A stretch of 63,986 nucleotides of DNA, filler included, from Stramenopiles sp. TOSAG23-6 (Eukaryota): assembly GCA_900128565.1 (NCBI GenBank). It is 7 parts of 7 records of this genome, joined end to end, with 100 filler letters (N's around TTAATTAATTAA, not from the genome) between each part and the next. Parts side by side here need not be neighbours in the genome. Positions count along the whole stretch, not along the records: positions 9,265 to 18,422 come from LT636391.1; positions 18,523 to 27,675 come from LT636392.1; 5 more parts are not named here. The stretch is one strand, 5' to 3'. Under the pieces are notes generated by a model. That model had not been told where the DNA came from and searched no databases. It was given only the letters and a program-made list of their open reading frames with translations. Shown here one piece after another: positions 10,385 through 22,819 of this stretch. The position numbers and the translations under genes were made by a program. Position 1 is the first letter of the stretch. The number at the start of each line of letters is the position of its first letter.

Positions 10385-12724
10385 ATGGGGCGACGCAAAG
10401 GTCGAAAGGTGGGCATAAGTCATGAAAGTCAAACCACAACTCGATATAGGTACTCTCCGTCAGTATCACCTAGGGTTAGACGTGCAGCTGCACATGCAGC
10501 CACTGCATTTCGAAGACGAAAAGATATAGACACGAGATTCAAGAGGCTTGACGGTTTCAAAAAAAGACAAAAGAAGAATGATAGTGAGTGGCTCAATATT
10601 TCTCCTACTCGAAAAGCTCAAAAATCAACCTCTTCTGCACATGCGCGAACGTCTCAACAATATGTTTTACCGATATGGAAAACAATTACTCAAACTGTTA
10701 CGAGGATTGCTGGAGCAAAACGTCGTGTTGACAGCAAAAAAAGACGTATACCAGTTACAAAGACATTCGAATTTAGGGTAAATATGGCAACTGAAGTAGC
10801 TAAGTTGACTACCTCTACAGGTGTGAAGAACCTCGGTTTTGCAAAGCAATATTCTCAAGATTATTTCGTGTATATTCCAGTATCATCTAAAGAACTAAGG
10901 AGTTCCAAGTGTACATACAAAGACTTATTTACAGGTTGCTGCTTGTCTTTACCGATGTCTTTTCGTAATGGGCGTACGTTGTCAACTTATATTACATTTA
11001 TGTTTTTGTACCAAATTTCATAATTAACGAATTTCAAATTTGACATATTTTTTCACAATGCTTGTACCAAGAAAGAAACAGTGACAACAAGTAGAATTAC
11101 ATCACGCACAAGATTACAAAAGAAGGCAAGAGTGAAAGCAACACGAAATTCTCGTAAAATCATACAAAATGAGATTGAAGAAGTATTGTTTAGAGGTGGA
11201 AATATCTCCGTAGCCAACATAGGTGAAGACTCTTCAAATTGCACATTCAAAAAATATAACTTTTCTGAGTCATTTGTGATTGCACTGTGTCCACATCCAA
11301 CGGGAAAGTATTTAGTAAACACTGAAAAGATTAGTCTCTTTGATAGAATGAAGAATGCAAAAGATTTTAATAGACAATGCGAATTAAGAGCAAATGGTAT
11401 TTTTTACAATACAACAGAATCTTCGCAAACAAATAAATTGAAACCTCCGTTTGCAATATCTGCAGCTATTATAGTGTCGCATTGGATTCCAATTCCCGAA
11501 CCAAATATGGTTGGTGATTTTGGGATTCCTCCTCCAATTATAAGCAATAAAAGTAAACAACGTTTCTTATCCTATCGGAAAAGATATAATATATTAACAA
11601 AAGTAAATGAACAACATATGATGGAAGTTTGGGAAATATGCTGGTTGGGCCGAAAATGGCCAACTGTACCAAAACCAGCGACATCTAAGAGAAGAAGAGA
11701 TATCATAAGAAAGCTTACATTAGGATTTTGGCATTCAAGTTTGATTAATCCAATAGAAATACCCCAAACAAATATATCCTCAAAAAGAGACGAGTATAGA
11801 AAATTTCGTAGTTCCAGAATTCCTCCTCGCTTTGACATCCACGAATCTATATTAATACATTATATAGAAGCAATTGGTAAACATCTTGGGGTTGCTGCGA
11901 TTCTAGTACAATCGGCAGAACACGATGTACCAACATTTATGCAGAGAATTCCATATAGTGGGTGTAATACTATCAAATTTTGTAGATACGAACAACCAGT
12001 TCTACGCAATAAACAAAGGAAAAAGAATTGGATTCATCAATTTTGTATTGCAAAAGATGAAAAACATGTCTTAAATCAGTATAAAATTAAAAAAGGTTCA
12101 CTTGGACCCTTGCAAGTATTTTATAATGGTACTAAAAATAGTACTAAAAAACAGAAACAAACAGTTATTTTGAAGAAAGGAAATACAAATACCAGAAAAA
12201 CGATTTTCAAAAACTTTAGATTCTCGCCTACATATATGATACATATATGGACATGTTTATACAAGCTACCACCATGTTTGACTGTACGTACTTCCAAAGA
12301 AAAAGAAAAAAAACGTATTTCACGAGTCATGTCACAAGAAGATATGGATCAAAGAGGAAATGATGCACAATTCAAAAGTCGTATGCAATATAAATACCAA
12401 ATTGGAACATTAAATCCCTGGGCTAATTTTGGAAATGGGGAAGAAGAAAGTAAAATTTCAAGTGATGTACTCGCGGAACTTGCGGATCTTGCCCGAAAAC
12501 GTGGTTATTCAAGTCCTACTGGTTCCATTTCAACAACCTCAAGTAATAGTAACTTTAAAAAACGTGTCAAAAAACTTACACGTAGCAGGAGTAGTGCGAA
12601 TATAAAACAACATCTCAACACACGATCCAGGCTGAAAAGGACAACATCATGGAGTGCTGGAAGTCGAGATAATGAATATGACCTGAAGCAGAAAGTGCTA
12701 GTATTTCCTAGAAAAGTTGAATAA
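10385..12724 (+). CDS. Hypothetical basic protein; exons 10385-10973 and 11064-12724
   Basis: Two long ORFs in the same frame separated by a 90-nt stop-containing intron; no family recognised. Confidence 0.6.
10974..11063 (+). mobile_element. Non-canonical intron, GT...TT (90 nt), diverged
   Basis: GGG C|GTACGT...AATTAAC...TTTTCACAATGCTT|GT ACC; no AG within the intron. Confidence 0.7.
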
Positions 12725-12888
12725 ATTTTTGAAAATAATAGAATGTTGTTTGCAGGTGCGAGTTCTTTTGGGATGTTCAGCAATGTTAATATATATTGAA
12801 ACGAAATTATAAAAATTAATTATTTTTTTTGTTTTGTTTATTCTGATTGATCTTGTCATATGAATAATAAAAACTATTTTTCTGGAAG

Positions 12889-14895
12889 TCATACCGTGGA
12901 AACAAATAGTAAACCAAATACACCCAATAATAATATTGGTGTAGCTGTTGATGACATTGAAGGCGTTTTTTGGTGACCACCCCAGCCCATAAAAGCATTA
13001 CAATTATTTGTCTCACACGCAGCACAATAATGTTCTGCTGGTTTTACTAAAGTCAAATTCCTTTCCTTGAGATACATTTTCCATTGTTCTTCTTTTTGAT
13101 GTGTGAGTGTTACTTTCTCAAAATTGTCCATTGAACCATTACAATCTGAAACACCATAATCATCAGGTTCACAACGCCCAAGCAAAATTTTATGTTGTTT
13201 TTCTTTAAAGTCGACCAAAGAGAACTCGGTGATACATTTCTTGCCATGGTCACATTCTTTTTCATCATGGGGAGACACGCGAAACTCAGCACTTAAAGTT
13301 GAGAGCCATTCTCTGTTAGTGGCTTCATCATTTATATGTAGAAAATGATTACACTTCAAGGCAGGAACAATTGCAACACCTTTATCTGAGCTGGTGACAG
13401 CAGCAACAACAGCAATTTTACGAAGTTTGTTTTTGTCATCCAATTTTAATTGGAAATCATCGAGCTTTGATAAATCAAGAATTTCAGAACATATTGCACC
13501 AGATAGTTGATTCTCGCCCAAGTTCAACAATTTGAGATTAGTAAGTTGACAAATTGTATCGGGTATTAAGCCCGAGAGTTCATTGTTTAACAAATTCAAA
13601 AATTTAAGATTTGTTAGTTGACCAATTTCATTTGGAATTGAACCAGATAGTTGGTTGTCTCGCAATTTCAAATGCGTGAGATTTGTTAGTTGACCAATTT
13701 TGGTTGGAATTGTACCAGATAGTTTGTTGTTGTTCAACGACAAATGCCTGAGATTTGTTAGTTGACCAATTTCATTTGGAATTGAACCAGATAGTTGGTT
13801 GTCTTGCAATTTCAAATGCGTGAGATTTGTTAGTTGACCAATTTTGGTTGGAATTGAACCAGATAGTTGGTTGTTCTCCAAGTGCAATGTTTTAAGTTTC
13901 GTTACTTGACCAATTTTGGTTGGAATTGTACCAGATAGTTGGTTACGATTCAACCACAATTCTTGAAGATTTGTTAGTTGACCAATTTTGGTTGGAATTG
14001 AGCCAGATAGTTTGTTGTTCCACAATTGCAATTTTTCGAGCTTTGTTATTTGACCAATTTCCGTTGGAATTGGACCAGTTAGTGTGTTATGATTCAACCA
14101 TAATTCTTTAAGATTTGTTAGTCGACCAATTTCAGTTGGAATTGAACCAGTTAGGTTGTTTCGAATTAAGGTCAATTGTTGGAGATTTCTTAGTTGACCA
14201 ATTTCTTCTGGTATTGAAAGAGATAGTTGATTATTGAATAAGTACAATCCTTTGAGATTTTGTAATCGCCCAATTTCTTTTGGTATTGAATCAGATAGGT
14301 TGTTGAGTGACAAATACACTGTTTCAAGATTTGTTAGTTGACCAATTTCCGGAGGTATTGGACCAGATAGTTCGTTGTCTGACAACCACAATCTTTCAAG
14401 ATTTGTTAGTTGACCAATTGCCGCAGGAATTGGACCGGATATATTGTTCCTTGACAAGCTCAATTTTTCGAGGTTTGTTAGTTGACCAATTTCCGGAGGT
14501 ATTGGACCAGATAGTTTGTTGTTGTTCAAAACCAATTCTTTAAGCCTTTTTAATTGACCAATTTGCGGAGGTATTTCACGAGATAGTTCGTTGAACGACA
14601 AATTCAACAATTCGAGATCTGTCAATTGACAAATTTCTTTTGGAATTTTACCATTGAGTTTGTTCTGTTCCAAGTGCAACTTAACAACAGTGTCTTCCTC
14701 AGCATTACAAGTTACACCATACCAATGGCAAACATTTACATCTGTCTTCCAATTTGTACTAATAATCCAATTATGTCCATCAGTTGCGTCATAGATTTGT
14801 TTTAAAGCCTCCACTTGTTCTTCAGGTACTACTGCTTTACATTCAGTGTAATAAGCATTAAATATCATCAGTGAAATAAGTAATTTCGTGTTCAT
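12889..14895 (-). CDS. Secreted, probably GPI- or TM-anchored plant-type LRR protein
   Basis: Signal peptide, LRRNT cap (W..NW....CHWYGVTC), about 17 24-aa LxLxxNxLSGxIPxEIGxLxxL repeats, Cys-rich domain and hydrophobic C-terminus; intronless. Confidence 0.92.
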   Translation of the reverse strand: MNTKLLISLMIFNAYYTECKAVVPEEQVEALKQIYDATDGHNWIISTNWKTDVNVCHWYGVTCNAEEDTVVKLHLEQNKLNGKIPKEICQLTDLELLNLSFNELSREIPPQIGQLKRLKELVLNNNKLSGPIPPEIGQLTNLEKLSLSRNNISGPIPAAIGQLTNLERLWLSDNELSGPIPPEIGQLTNLETVYLSLNNLSDSIPKEIGRLQNLKGLYLFNNQLSLSIPEEIGQLRNLQQLTLIRNNLTGSIPTEIGRLTNLKELWLNHNTLTGPIPTEIGQITKLEKLQLWNNKLSGSIPTKIGQLTNLQELWLNRNQLSGTIPTKIGQVTKLKTLHLENNQLSGSIPTKIGQLTNLTHLKLQDNQLSGSIPNEIGQLTNLRHLSLNNNKLSGTIPTKIGQLTNLTHLKLRDNQLSGSIPNEIGQLTNLKFLNLLNNELSGLIPDTICQLTNLKLLNLGENQLSGAICSEILDLSKLDDFQLKLDDKNKLRKIAVVAAVTSSDKGVAIVPALKCNHFLHINDEATNREWLSTLSAEFRVSPHDEKECDHGKKCITEFSLVDFKEKQHKILLGRCEPDDYGVSDCNGSMDNFEKVTLTHQKEEQWKMYLKERNLTLVKPAEHYCAACETNNCNAFMGWGGHQKTPSMSSTATPILLLGVFGLLFVSTV

Positions 14896-15334
14896 TTTTG
14901 TATATAATATAAAAGAAGCGTGTTGGTGATCTCTTCTATGAGCTATACAATAAACAGCAGAAGTTTCTGAGGAGAGGAATACTAGCTACTGCAGTAGGTA
15001 CTGTAAAAAAATAGAATTTATTGAAAAGAAAACTTAAGAGTAGTTCTGAGTTCTCAGTTCTAAGTTCTAAGTTCTAACCAGAAATGAATGACTGGTCAGC
15101 TGCAATTGCTATTGATATTGATACCCTATTCGAGATTCTGCATTCCTAATTTTTTTTATTTTTAATTTTATTTCCGGCAGTTTTGTTCCAATTTTTGGAT
15201 TTTTTCAGATTCGAAAAACTCTCCGAACTCTTCGACGAATACTTCGAGCTCTACTCTACACTTCTTCTTCATCTCAGACCTTTGGCCCGCCCCTGGGTTA
15301 CTAAATTTTGTCTGTGCTCTAGACGTGTTTTCCC

Positions 15335-17767
15335 TTGACAATGCGTGAGCGTAGATGGGGCAAACGCACCCGGGGTGGTAGCACTGATAGCGTGAGTGAA
15401 ATGGAGTTAGACCGAAATGTAAAGCGCTCAAGGTTTCAAACGGGGAAACACGTGAAATCAATAGGAAGTAGTAGCGGATTACCCCTTTCACCGTCAAAGC
15501 TAGGTAACCTTCAACCTGAAGAGTGTGAAGATGCAGAGCACAAAGCAAAACTTGATGCATTGCTTCCTTCAAAAGAAAGACTTTTGGCAACTATAGATAT
15601 AATGGACGAAGAAGTGCGACACGTAAAGGTTGAACTTGAAGCAGAAAAAAAACGTTTGGCAGATTTAAAGTCAAAATATGAAACAGAGCTCCAGCAGTCT
15701 GGTGAATTAAGCGTCAATGAAATTGAAAAATTTACAACGGAAACCCCAATAGTAATCCCTAAAGAGCTATTATCTGAATTATCTCAAAGCATGAAAACTT
15801 ATTTTATTGAAGAAAGCAAAAAACAGCACGAAATATGGAAAAATATTTTAAATGAAAATCGTAGTTTAGCCTTGAAGTCAAGGAGTTCCGTACAGTTTCC
15901 CGAGTGTGTGAAGAAAAATATGAACTCAAGTGGTGCGAATAAGAATATGTTAGATCATGAAACCGGTTCATTAAGGTTGGATAAATCTACATTTCCTGGA
16001 AGTGAAAACAAAAATTTGACACAACCGGATGTATACACTCTTGAGGTCGATGCACCTCTCTATAGGCGCCCCCACGAAATTCCTCAGTGGCAGTCTAATG
16101 AGCAAAGTCATCTTAGAAATAAAGACGCACTTATTCAACTGATGAAAAAAAAATATGCGAGTATTGCTGAAAAAGAGAGAATACTCGCGAAAGAATATTT
16201 AGATCGGAGGCAGAAGTGGTTACTTGAAATTAGACATTGGGAAGTCAGTCGAGAAGAGTCGCTGCGTTTACCTACAGGTGATGTATACACCCCTGTAAAA
16301 ACACAGAATAATGATACAAACTGTTCTCCGGAAAAAGCTGGTTATTCTATTTTTGGTTCTAATCAATTATCTCCAAAGTTGGCTATAGGAGCTGGAAATG
16401 TAGATTTTTCAAGCAACTCTCAAGGAAATGCTCAAGAAAGTTACAATACAAAAAATAGAAGAGAATCACAATGGAGTGTATCTAGATCAGATTTAATTAA
16501 GTCCGAGTACGAACAGCAGAAGCTGTTAGACGAGTTGATTGCGGAAGAAGCTCGCAAAAATAGATATCAGTTGACTGTTGTTGATGTTCCAGATATGAAT
16601 ATAGACGCACGAAGTCGTTTCAGTGAATCCTTTAGAGTAAACAATAATTCACTGAACCACTGTGGTCCGTCTACGGCTCCAGCAGATTGTGCAAATGTTC
16701 CACTGGCTGATCCTTGTCCAAAGGGCAAACATTGTAATTGTTCTTTTCAACGAGAAGCATCAGAAAAGTTATGCAATCCATGGGCAGATATAGAAAAGGC
16801 TATTTTTATAGACAAATTTCTTCAGCATCCTAAAAATTTTGGTATGATTTCAAAATATTTGATTAATAAGAGTACTAAGGATTGTGTTGCGTTTTATTAT
16901 TTGTCGAAAACACGAATTCCTTACAAAGAACTTTTACGAGAGCAACAACAAAGACGTAAAGCACATGGGCTTTCACAGGTGGAACAGCTTGGTTATTGGA
17001 AACTTATAGCTCAAACTTTACAAAGCATAGGCTTAGATGTCGACCCATCTGATTTTGATCAGAACGGCTACTTGATGATAAAAGATAAAATGCTAGAGCG
17101 TGATGAAAAAATTTTAAATCGTAAACGTAGAAAACATGAAAGGAAACGTAAAAAGAAGAAAGAAATACAAAAATTGAAAAAAAAACAGAATAATTATTTA
17201 CGACAAAAACTCAAGCAAAAGAAAAAACAACTTGAAAAGCTTGAAGAACTTGGATTAGAAAACAATGAGAGTAGTCATGGAGAAGATATTTCTGCTGTAA
17301 AGTTAGAAATTCATGATATTAATGAATTAACCAACATAGAGCTTGAAAAGAATGAATCTAAGAGTGTAAAGAAAACTAAGAAGAAGAAGAAAAAAACAAA
17401 AAAACAAAGTTGTCTTAAATATAATGCGTCTTCTGTTGTTGGTTTAGATGAACAGTATGGAGGTCCTTTCAAAAAGTCGAAATTTTTCTTTGATATGACG
17501 TCAGGTGTATGTTATGACATTGATCGATTTGAAAATAGTTGTCTTAGTGAAGAATCATCAAGTTCTGACTCGGATTCTTTTAGTGAATCTTCTGACTCAG
17601 ACTCTGATGGTACTAGTTATTACGCTAAGGCATATCACTGTGATGTTCCAACTGCTCTTGCCATTGAAGAGGCTAAACAAAATGATGTAGACTCTAGATC
17701 AAGGAAAACTCGAACTCTCTTGCAGATGGGATCTACAGTGAATACATTTACTCGCAATCAATTTTAG
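15335..17767 (+). CDS. SANT-domain corepressor-like protein (N-CoR/Snt1-type); exact start uncertain
   Basis: NPWADIEKAIFIDKFLQHPKNFGMISKYLINKSTKDCVAFYYLSK matches the N-CoR SANT1/DAD consensus; upstream coiled coil. Confidence 0.75.
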   Translation: MTMRERRWGKRTRGGSTDSVSEMELDRNVKRSRFQTGKHVKSIGSSSGLPLSPSKLGNLQPEECEDAEHKAKLDALLPSKERLLATIDIMDEEVRHVKVELEAEKKRLADLKSKYETELQQSGELSVNEIEKFTTETPIVIPKELLSELSQSMKTYFIEESKKQHEIWKNILNENRSLALKSRSSVQFPECVKKNMNSSGANKNMLDHETGSLRLDKSTFPGSENKNLTQPDVYTLEVDAPLYRRPHEIPQWQSNEQSHLRNKDALIQLMKKKYASIAEKERILAKEYLDRRQKWLLEIRHWEVSREESLRLPTGDVYTPVKTQNNDTNCSPEKAGYSIFGSNQLSPKLAIGAGNVDFSSNSQGNAQESYNTKNRRESQWSVSRSDLIKSEYEQQKLLDELIAEEARKNRYQLTVVDVPDMNIDARSRFSESFRVNNNSLNHCGPSTAPADCANVPLADPCPKGKHCNCSFQREASEKLCNPWADIEKAIFIDKFLQHPKNFGMISKYLINKSTKDCVAFYYLSKTRIPYKELLREQQQRRKAHGLSQVEQLGYWKLIAQTLQSIGLDVDPSDFDQNGYLMIKDKMLERDEKILNRKRRKHERKRKKKKEIQKLKKKQNNYLRQKLKQKKKQLEKLEELGLENNESSHGEDISAVKLEIHDINELTNIELEKNESKSVKKTKKKKKKTKKQSCLKYNASSVVGLDEQYGGPFKKSKFFFDMTSGVCYDIDRFENSCLSEESSSSDSDSFSESSDSDSDGTSYYAKAYHCDVPTALAIEEAKQNDVDSRSRKTRTLLQMGSTVNTFTRNQF

Positions 17768-18522
17768 TTTAATTCAAACTTTTATATTTAATAAATATAT
17801 AGTAGTAGGATAGTAAGAAAAAAATTAAAATTTCGACTTGACCAACCAATTTTTTTAATTGATATTTCGTCGATCTTTTTTAAGAGGTAAGTAAAGACAA
17901 ATCGATGTTTTTCGTGTTTTGTGTTTTCGCGTAACCGTTTTTCAAGTTTGCTGTCTAAACGCATACAAAATTAGAAATACTTTCTCAATATATTGCTGTT
18001 GCTATTTTTCACCAGCAATGTCACTTAATACAGATAATAAAACACAATGATAGTTTAGTATCCACTTTGATATTATGGAAAAACAATGAATAACTTTTGG
18101 AGCCATTTATGATATAATTCAATATGTTTGTTGGCATTTTCAAATGTGTGTACTATAAACCCAGCAGATTATAGTGATACTGCTTCCTACTGTATGGAAA
18201 ATTGTAGACAATTGTTGATATTCTTGTCCTTCTATGATTACTACGTGCCAAGTAATAGTTTCTTGTAATGGATTTACTTGTTTTCTGTATTATTTTATGT
18301 GTTTAAAGTATATTTTTACCGTGATTGTCTATCACTTTTAGACTGGAGGAATGAAACACCGCATGTCACTGTAACCATATCACTCCAACTTTTTCATTTG
18401 TCCATGAATCGCTCTGAAACTTNNNNNNNNNNNNNNNNNNNNNNNNNNNNNNNNNNNNNNNNNNNNTTAATTAATTAANNNNNNNNNNNNNNNNNNNNNN
18501 NNNNNNNNNNNNNNNNNNNNNN

Positions 18523-18576
18523 GTACGAAATTTTGTATGAAAAAAAAATTAAATTAGAAATTCATATAAAACATAC
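18523..18576 (-). mobile_element. 5' half of family intron (GCT|GTATGT), contig start
   Basis: Shares an identical 5' sequence with copies at 27776 and 36963. Confidence 0.8.
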
Positions 18577-19200
18577 AGCGTCAAGGCCAGATGTTGGTTC
18601 ATCCAAAAAACAAATCATTGGTCGTTTTAAAAGATCAACTCCAATGGTTAAGCGTCGTTTTTGTCCTCCACTTAAACCTCTCAGAAAATGGTTCCCAACG
18701 AGAGTATCCTTGCAAGATTGAAGGCCCATTTGCCTCACGATTTCTGTGACACGTTCATCGCGAGTTTCACCCACTTTTAGAGCTTCGTCTGAGACATACA
18801 ATTCAGCAGCAAAAGCGCAAGTTTCATGGACGGTAAGATAACTCCAAAGTCGAAATTCTTGCCCAACATATACTGCGTTTTGCCGAAAAATGTTTTCAGT
18901 AAATTTTGTGGAATTAATGTAAACTTCCCCGGTAGGTGAACCACCGCTATTAGTGAATGTTAATGTATTTAAAAGTGTCGTCTTACCTGCACCTGATGGT
19001 CCCAAAACTGCCGTAAGCTCGCCCGACTTTGCACAACCTTGAACGTCTTTCAAAATTAGGCGTTTTATCTTTTTATTGAAGCATTTCCTTGTTTTTTCAG
19101 ATACTTTAACAGAATAGCAAACGTTTCTGAAGGACAAGGTATTACACCTCTTTGAATTTTCAAAATCAACCTTTTGGTCTGGATCTATCTTTGATGGCAT
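18577..19200 (-). CDS. ABC transporter G family, N-terminal NBD exon
   Basis: Walker A GPSGAGKTT, signature LSGGQKRR and Walker B CFLDEPTSGLD. Confidence 0.92.
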
Positions 19201-19653
19201 TATTCGCTCAAAAAAGTTTTATCTGATCATCATTTGTTATATTTATTGCAGTGCAAAGCATCCAACAGACAAAAGGTAAGAATAAGAGCAACAATTTGAA
19301 ATTGTCGCGACAATTGGCAATTGACCAAAATCTTTCCTTGCCTTTTCGAAAAAAAAAACGAAAAACGTTAAAAATCCCCGAAAGCACCATGGATTTCGTG
19401 TGTAGTTTCTGACTTTTCTAAAAGAGATTTAAAAGCTATTCTAGCAGCATTGCTGCTACGGTACCAGTACTAGTACTAGAGAACATCAAATATGTATTCT
19501 AAATCTTTGGAATTCAGTTGCAACTGGTGCAGTTTTCAATGCAGTTCGATTCTGTGCCGTCTTTTTCAATAAAATAGCTTGAAATTATTGATTTGTTGTA
19601 TTTTTTCTGATTNTTTTTTTAAATTTAACTTTTTATTATTCAAATAAATTCCA

Positions 19654-20829
19654 TCAAAGCCATCTCTTATTCACATTCAAGTGAAACGATTTCTGTCTTT
19701 TCGGCATTTCAGGTTTATAGTAACAAGGACCAGGTGGCCGTCTACCTCTCATCACGGCGCCATCCCTTAGGGTTGAACTGGCAGCCCAGCTACTAGTAGC
19801 TCTTTGTTTTTCCACAGAGTTTATCAAAGCTGGACTATATGCACCAGGGCCTGGAGTACCTTCACTGATATTTTTGGATTTTCTGACATAAAGAACTCCC
19901 CAGCGATCAGTCAGTGTATTTGCAAAAGCTGATGTTCCTTTTGTTGAAAAATTCATATCTGTTTTCTTATTTACTATATTGTCATATGAACATGGTCCCG
20001 GGTTATTTGGTGCAACTGTTTTATTTCGCTTTGTTTTTGATTTAAAGGCGTAGCCGCCTGATCCAGAAAGCCAAGGTTGTTTGTCTATGTTGTATGTACC
20101 AGGTGCAGGGCCACTCTGTCTTAGTAGTGCTCTATACACACTATCTCGTTTACTTGCAGATGTAAAGCTAGATGAACCCTTTCTCCCTCCAAATGGAATT
20201 GTTTTTTTTAATGCTCTATTTAAATCATAATACCCTGGACCTGGAGAATCATTGATATTATTTGAAGTAGAATTAAAGCGCAAGCCTTTCCCCCAATTAC
20301 TACCACGATCATATCGACCACTAGGAAGAACTCTTCCAGTCCACGCAGTTAAGTCATCTACTGAGTAGTGTCCTGGACCAGGAGAATCTCTCTCGGTAGC
20401 TTTTGAAGATTTGAAACGCTCCATTTTTGAAACAAAGCCAACTCCAAATCCCAGTTTTGAATGCCCGTTTTTAGATGTTCCTACAGTATATTTTGACCGA
20501 TAATAGTACCCTGGCCCTGGTAAAGCATTTTCTGTGACACTAAATCTATTGACGGCTGAACCAAATGCTTTTGAGGGTAAAGCCTTTGATCTCTTTTCTC
20601 GGACTACATATTTTGAAGGAATTGACGGCGCAACCCTTGGGCAACCAGGGATGCTTTTCTTAATACTATGTGTATTTTGGAGATTTTGTGGACTATCCTG
20701 GCCAACCTGTCTGAAATTTGGATTCCTCCGAGAATCCATTATATTTATGGTCTTACCTGTTTTGATTGGGAAAGCTTGAAGGATCTTTTCATTTTTTACA
20801 GTTACAATTTCAAATTCTTCCAATTTCAA
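19654..20829 (-). CDS. Sperm-tail PG-rich (SHIPPO/STPG-like) repeat protein
   Basis: Seven PGPGxY-type repeats, each preceded by an F..R motif; intronless; start uncertain. Confidence 0.8.
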   Translation of the reverse strand: MKLEEFEIVTVKNEKILQAFPIKTGKTINIMDSRRNPNFRQVGQDSPQNLQNTHSIKKSIPGCPRVAPSIPSKYVVREKRSKALPSKAFGSAVNRFSVTENALPGPGYYYRSKYTVGTSKNGHSKLGFGVGFVSKMERFKSSKATERDSPGPGHYSVDDLTAWTGRVLPSGRYDRGSNWGKGLRFNSTSNNINDSPGPGYYDLNRALKKTIPFGGRKGSSSFTSASKRDSVYRALLRQSGPAPGTYNIDKQPWLSGSGGYAFKSKTKRNKTVAPNNPGPCSYDNIVNKKTDMNFSTKGTSAFANTLTDRWGVLYVRKSKNISEGTPGPGAYSPALINSVEKQRATSSWAASSTLRDGAVMRGRRPPGPCYYKPEMPKRQKSFHLNVNKRWL

Positions 20830-21046
20830 ATTTGGGTTGGATATTATTATTATAATTTATTTTATCAGTATTATTAGTATTATTATAGATTTCGATTTCA
20901 ACGACAAATATCAAATTCTTTGAATGCTAACTTATAGATACAATAAAGTAGAAATCTATATACTCTAAATTTATTGAGATTAATTATCACTTTTTCATTT
21001 CTCTACAATTACAAAGATTGATTCTAAATTGCTCAAACTCATAAAC

Positions 21047-22564
21047 TCATTTTGATTTCAATTCAGGATTGAGTTTATCAAACTTTCCCCAATCTCTTGG
21101 AGCAATTACTTTATCTTTCATTGATTTTGATGTTGATCCAAAATTGGCTTTATGAAACTCCCAATCCCTTGCCATGTATTTTAGAAAAATATTTCAAAAA
21201 AAAAACTAAAATTTGTTAGGTAAAAAATTTACTATAAAAAAAAATCATACAAAAAAAAAAATAAAACATACATAATGGCTTCATCTGTTATTGAGTTTCT
21301 TCCTTCCATATAGATATCGTTTAAGCCTTCGTTCTTACCAGGAAATTTCTTTCCTGTCACCACAGCTTTTGGAGTACCATTTACTATGACTCTATCACGA
21401 GGTGTATTGATATACGGAATGCCTACAATTCCATTTCCGGGAAGTATCGGTGGTATGATAGTGCAAACATCATGTATTTTGGAAAAATATTTCAAAAGAT
21501 TTTTTTGTAAAAAAAATAAAACATACATCATCTAAACAAGAAACGCAATCCTTAATGTGTAAATAAATGTTACCTAATGGACGACTTAATTTATCAGTTG
21601 GTTTTTCTCCTGAAATATATTGAGCTTTCCACATACCACCTGCACCACTTTTAAATTGTTCATCATCCGGTCTTTGTTGTATACTTTCAATATCTCTACC
21701 CATGTATTTTGGAAAAATATTTCAAAAAAAAAAAAACTAAAATTTGTTAGGTACAAAATTTCGTATGAAAAAAAATTCGATTTTTTTTTTACCGGAAAAA
21801 AAAAATAAAACATATATATCTTGCATCCAATCAGTGTGTGAAAAATCCTGAAAATCAAAAATTGAAGCAACTTTTATACATTGATGATTACACAAAGGTC
21901 CAAAAATTTCGATGCACTTCATTCGGAGTTCTTCTTCACCAGTAAATGTTGCACCTTTAAATTTTTGTGACGACGTGCGTTGTACCAATTGAGTACAAAA
22001 TGACTGAGTGTTGAAAATAGATGTATATGAACTCTTATTTTTCTCTAGCCATTTTGATTTATCACCATCGAATGACTTCCATAATAATTTCTCCATAGCA
22101 CGAAGTAGATTGTTATTGTTATAACAAGTCTGTCCTGAACCATGGTACCGGATGACAGATTTAGTTTCATCCTTAGCGTCTTTCTTTTCCGTTGAAATTA
22201 ACCATGACTTGTTCTGTTTATTTGAAGATGTTGTGATAGTACCTATTTGACCAAATATTCGCCCCTCATCACCATAAGATGGCCCATATAACTTCTTACT
22301 CTTTTCTTCTTTACCGTAAATGTCAAAACCTATACCCGTGGTTGATGCAGGTATGGTATCACTCACCCAACCTCTTTTGGCTGCATATTTGGGGTCCGTG
22401 TTTGACGAGTGAGGGAAGATTCCAGAGTCAAGTCCAGGAATTCTTATAGGATGCTGTGGGTCTCTCATATTTGGATTTTCTGCATGAACTATTTGAATTT
22501 GAAAATCCATTATATAAAGAACTAACACGAGAAAGTTGTGAATGATGATTGATTTAAATTTCAT
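21047..22564 (-). CDS. Hypothetical secreted protein; exons 22564-21816, 21701-21527, 21471-21272 and 21173-21047
   Basis: Signal-like N-terminus; four ORF pieces join in frame after removing three family introns. Confidence 0.65.
21174..21271 (-). mobile_element. Family intron, GT...AT (98 nt)
   Basis: ATT AT|GTATGT...TACCTAAC...AAAATACAT|G GCA. Confidence 0.82.
21472..21526 (-). mobile_element. Internally deleted family intron, GT...AT (55 nt), no branch motif
   Basis: GAT|GTATGTTTTATTTT...CCAAAATACAT|GAT; frame is restored only if it is removed. Confidence 0.7.
21702..21815 (-). mobile_element. Family intron with ATATGT donor, AT...AT (114 nt)
   Basis: GAT AT|ATATGTTTTA...consensus...AAAATACAT|G GGT. 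Confidence 0.7.
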
Positions 22565-22819
22565 AATGATGCATCAATTACACATAGATCTTCTTCAGTT
22601 TTCTGATGTACTACTGTACGTAAATGATTGTCTCTGATCTCAGATCTTGAAATTTCAAATTTTTGTGTGAACACCAAAACCTCCGACGTCCAAGATTTCG
22701 TGTTTCTTACACAAAACAGTACAAATTACAATGTATTCTGAATTTATTGAGAGTAAGTACTATTTCTTACTATATAGAATATAGAATACTCTCTTTTTAT
22801 TGTAATTATTTACCAGTAA

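Noticed and set aside
17990-18422. Possible degenerate transposase remnant on the minus strand
   Set aside because: Multiple stops and no convincing catalytic motif; cannot be supported without a profile search.
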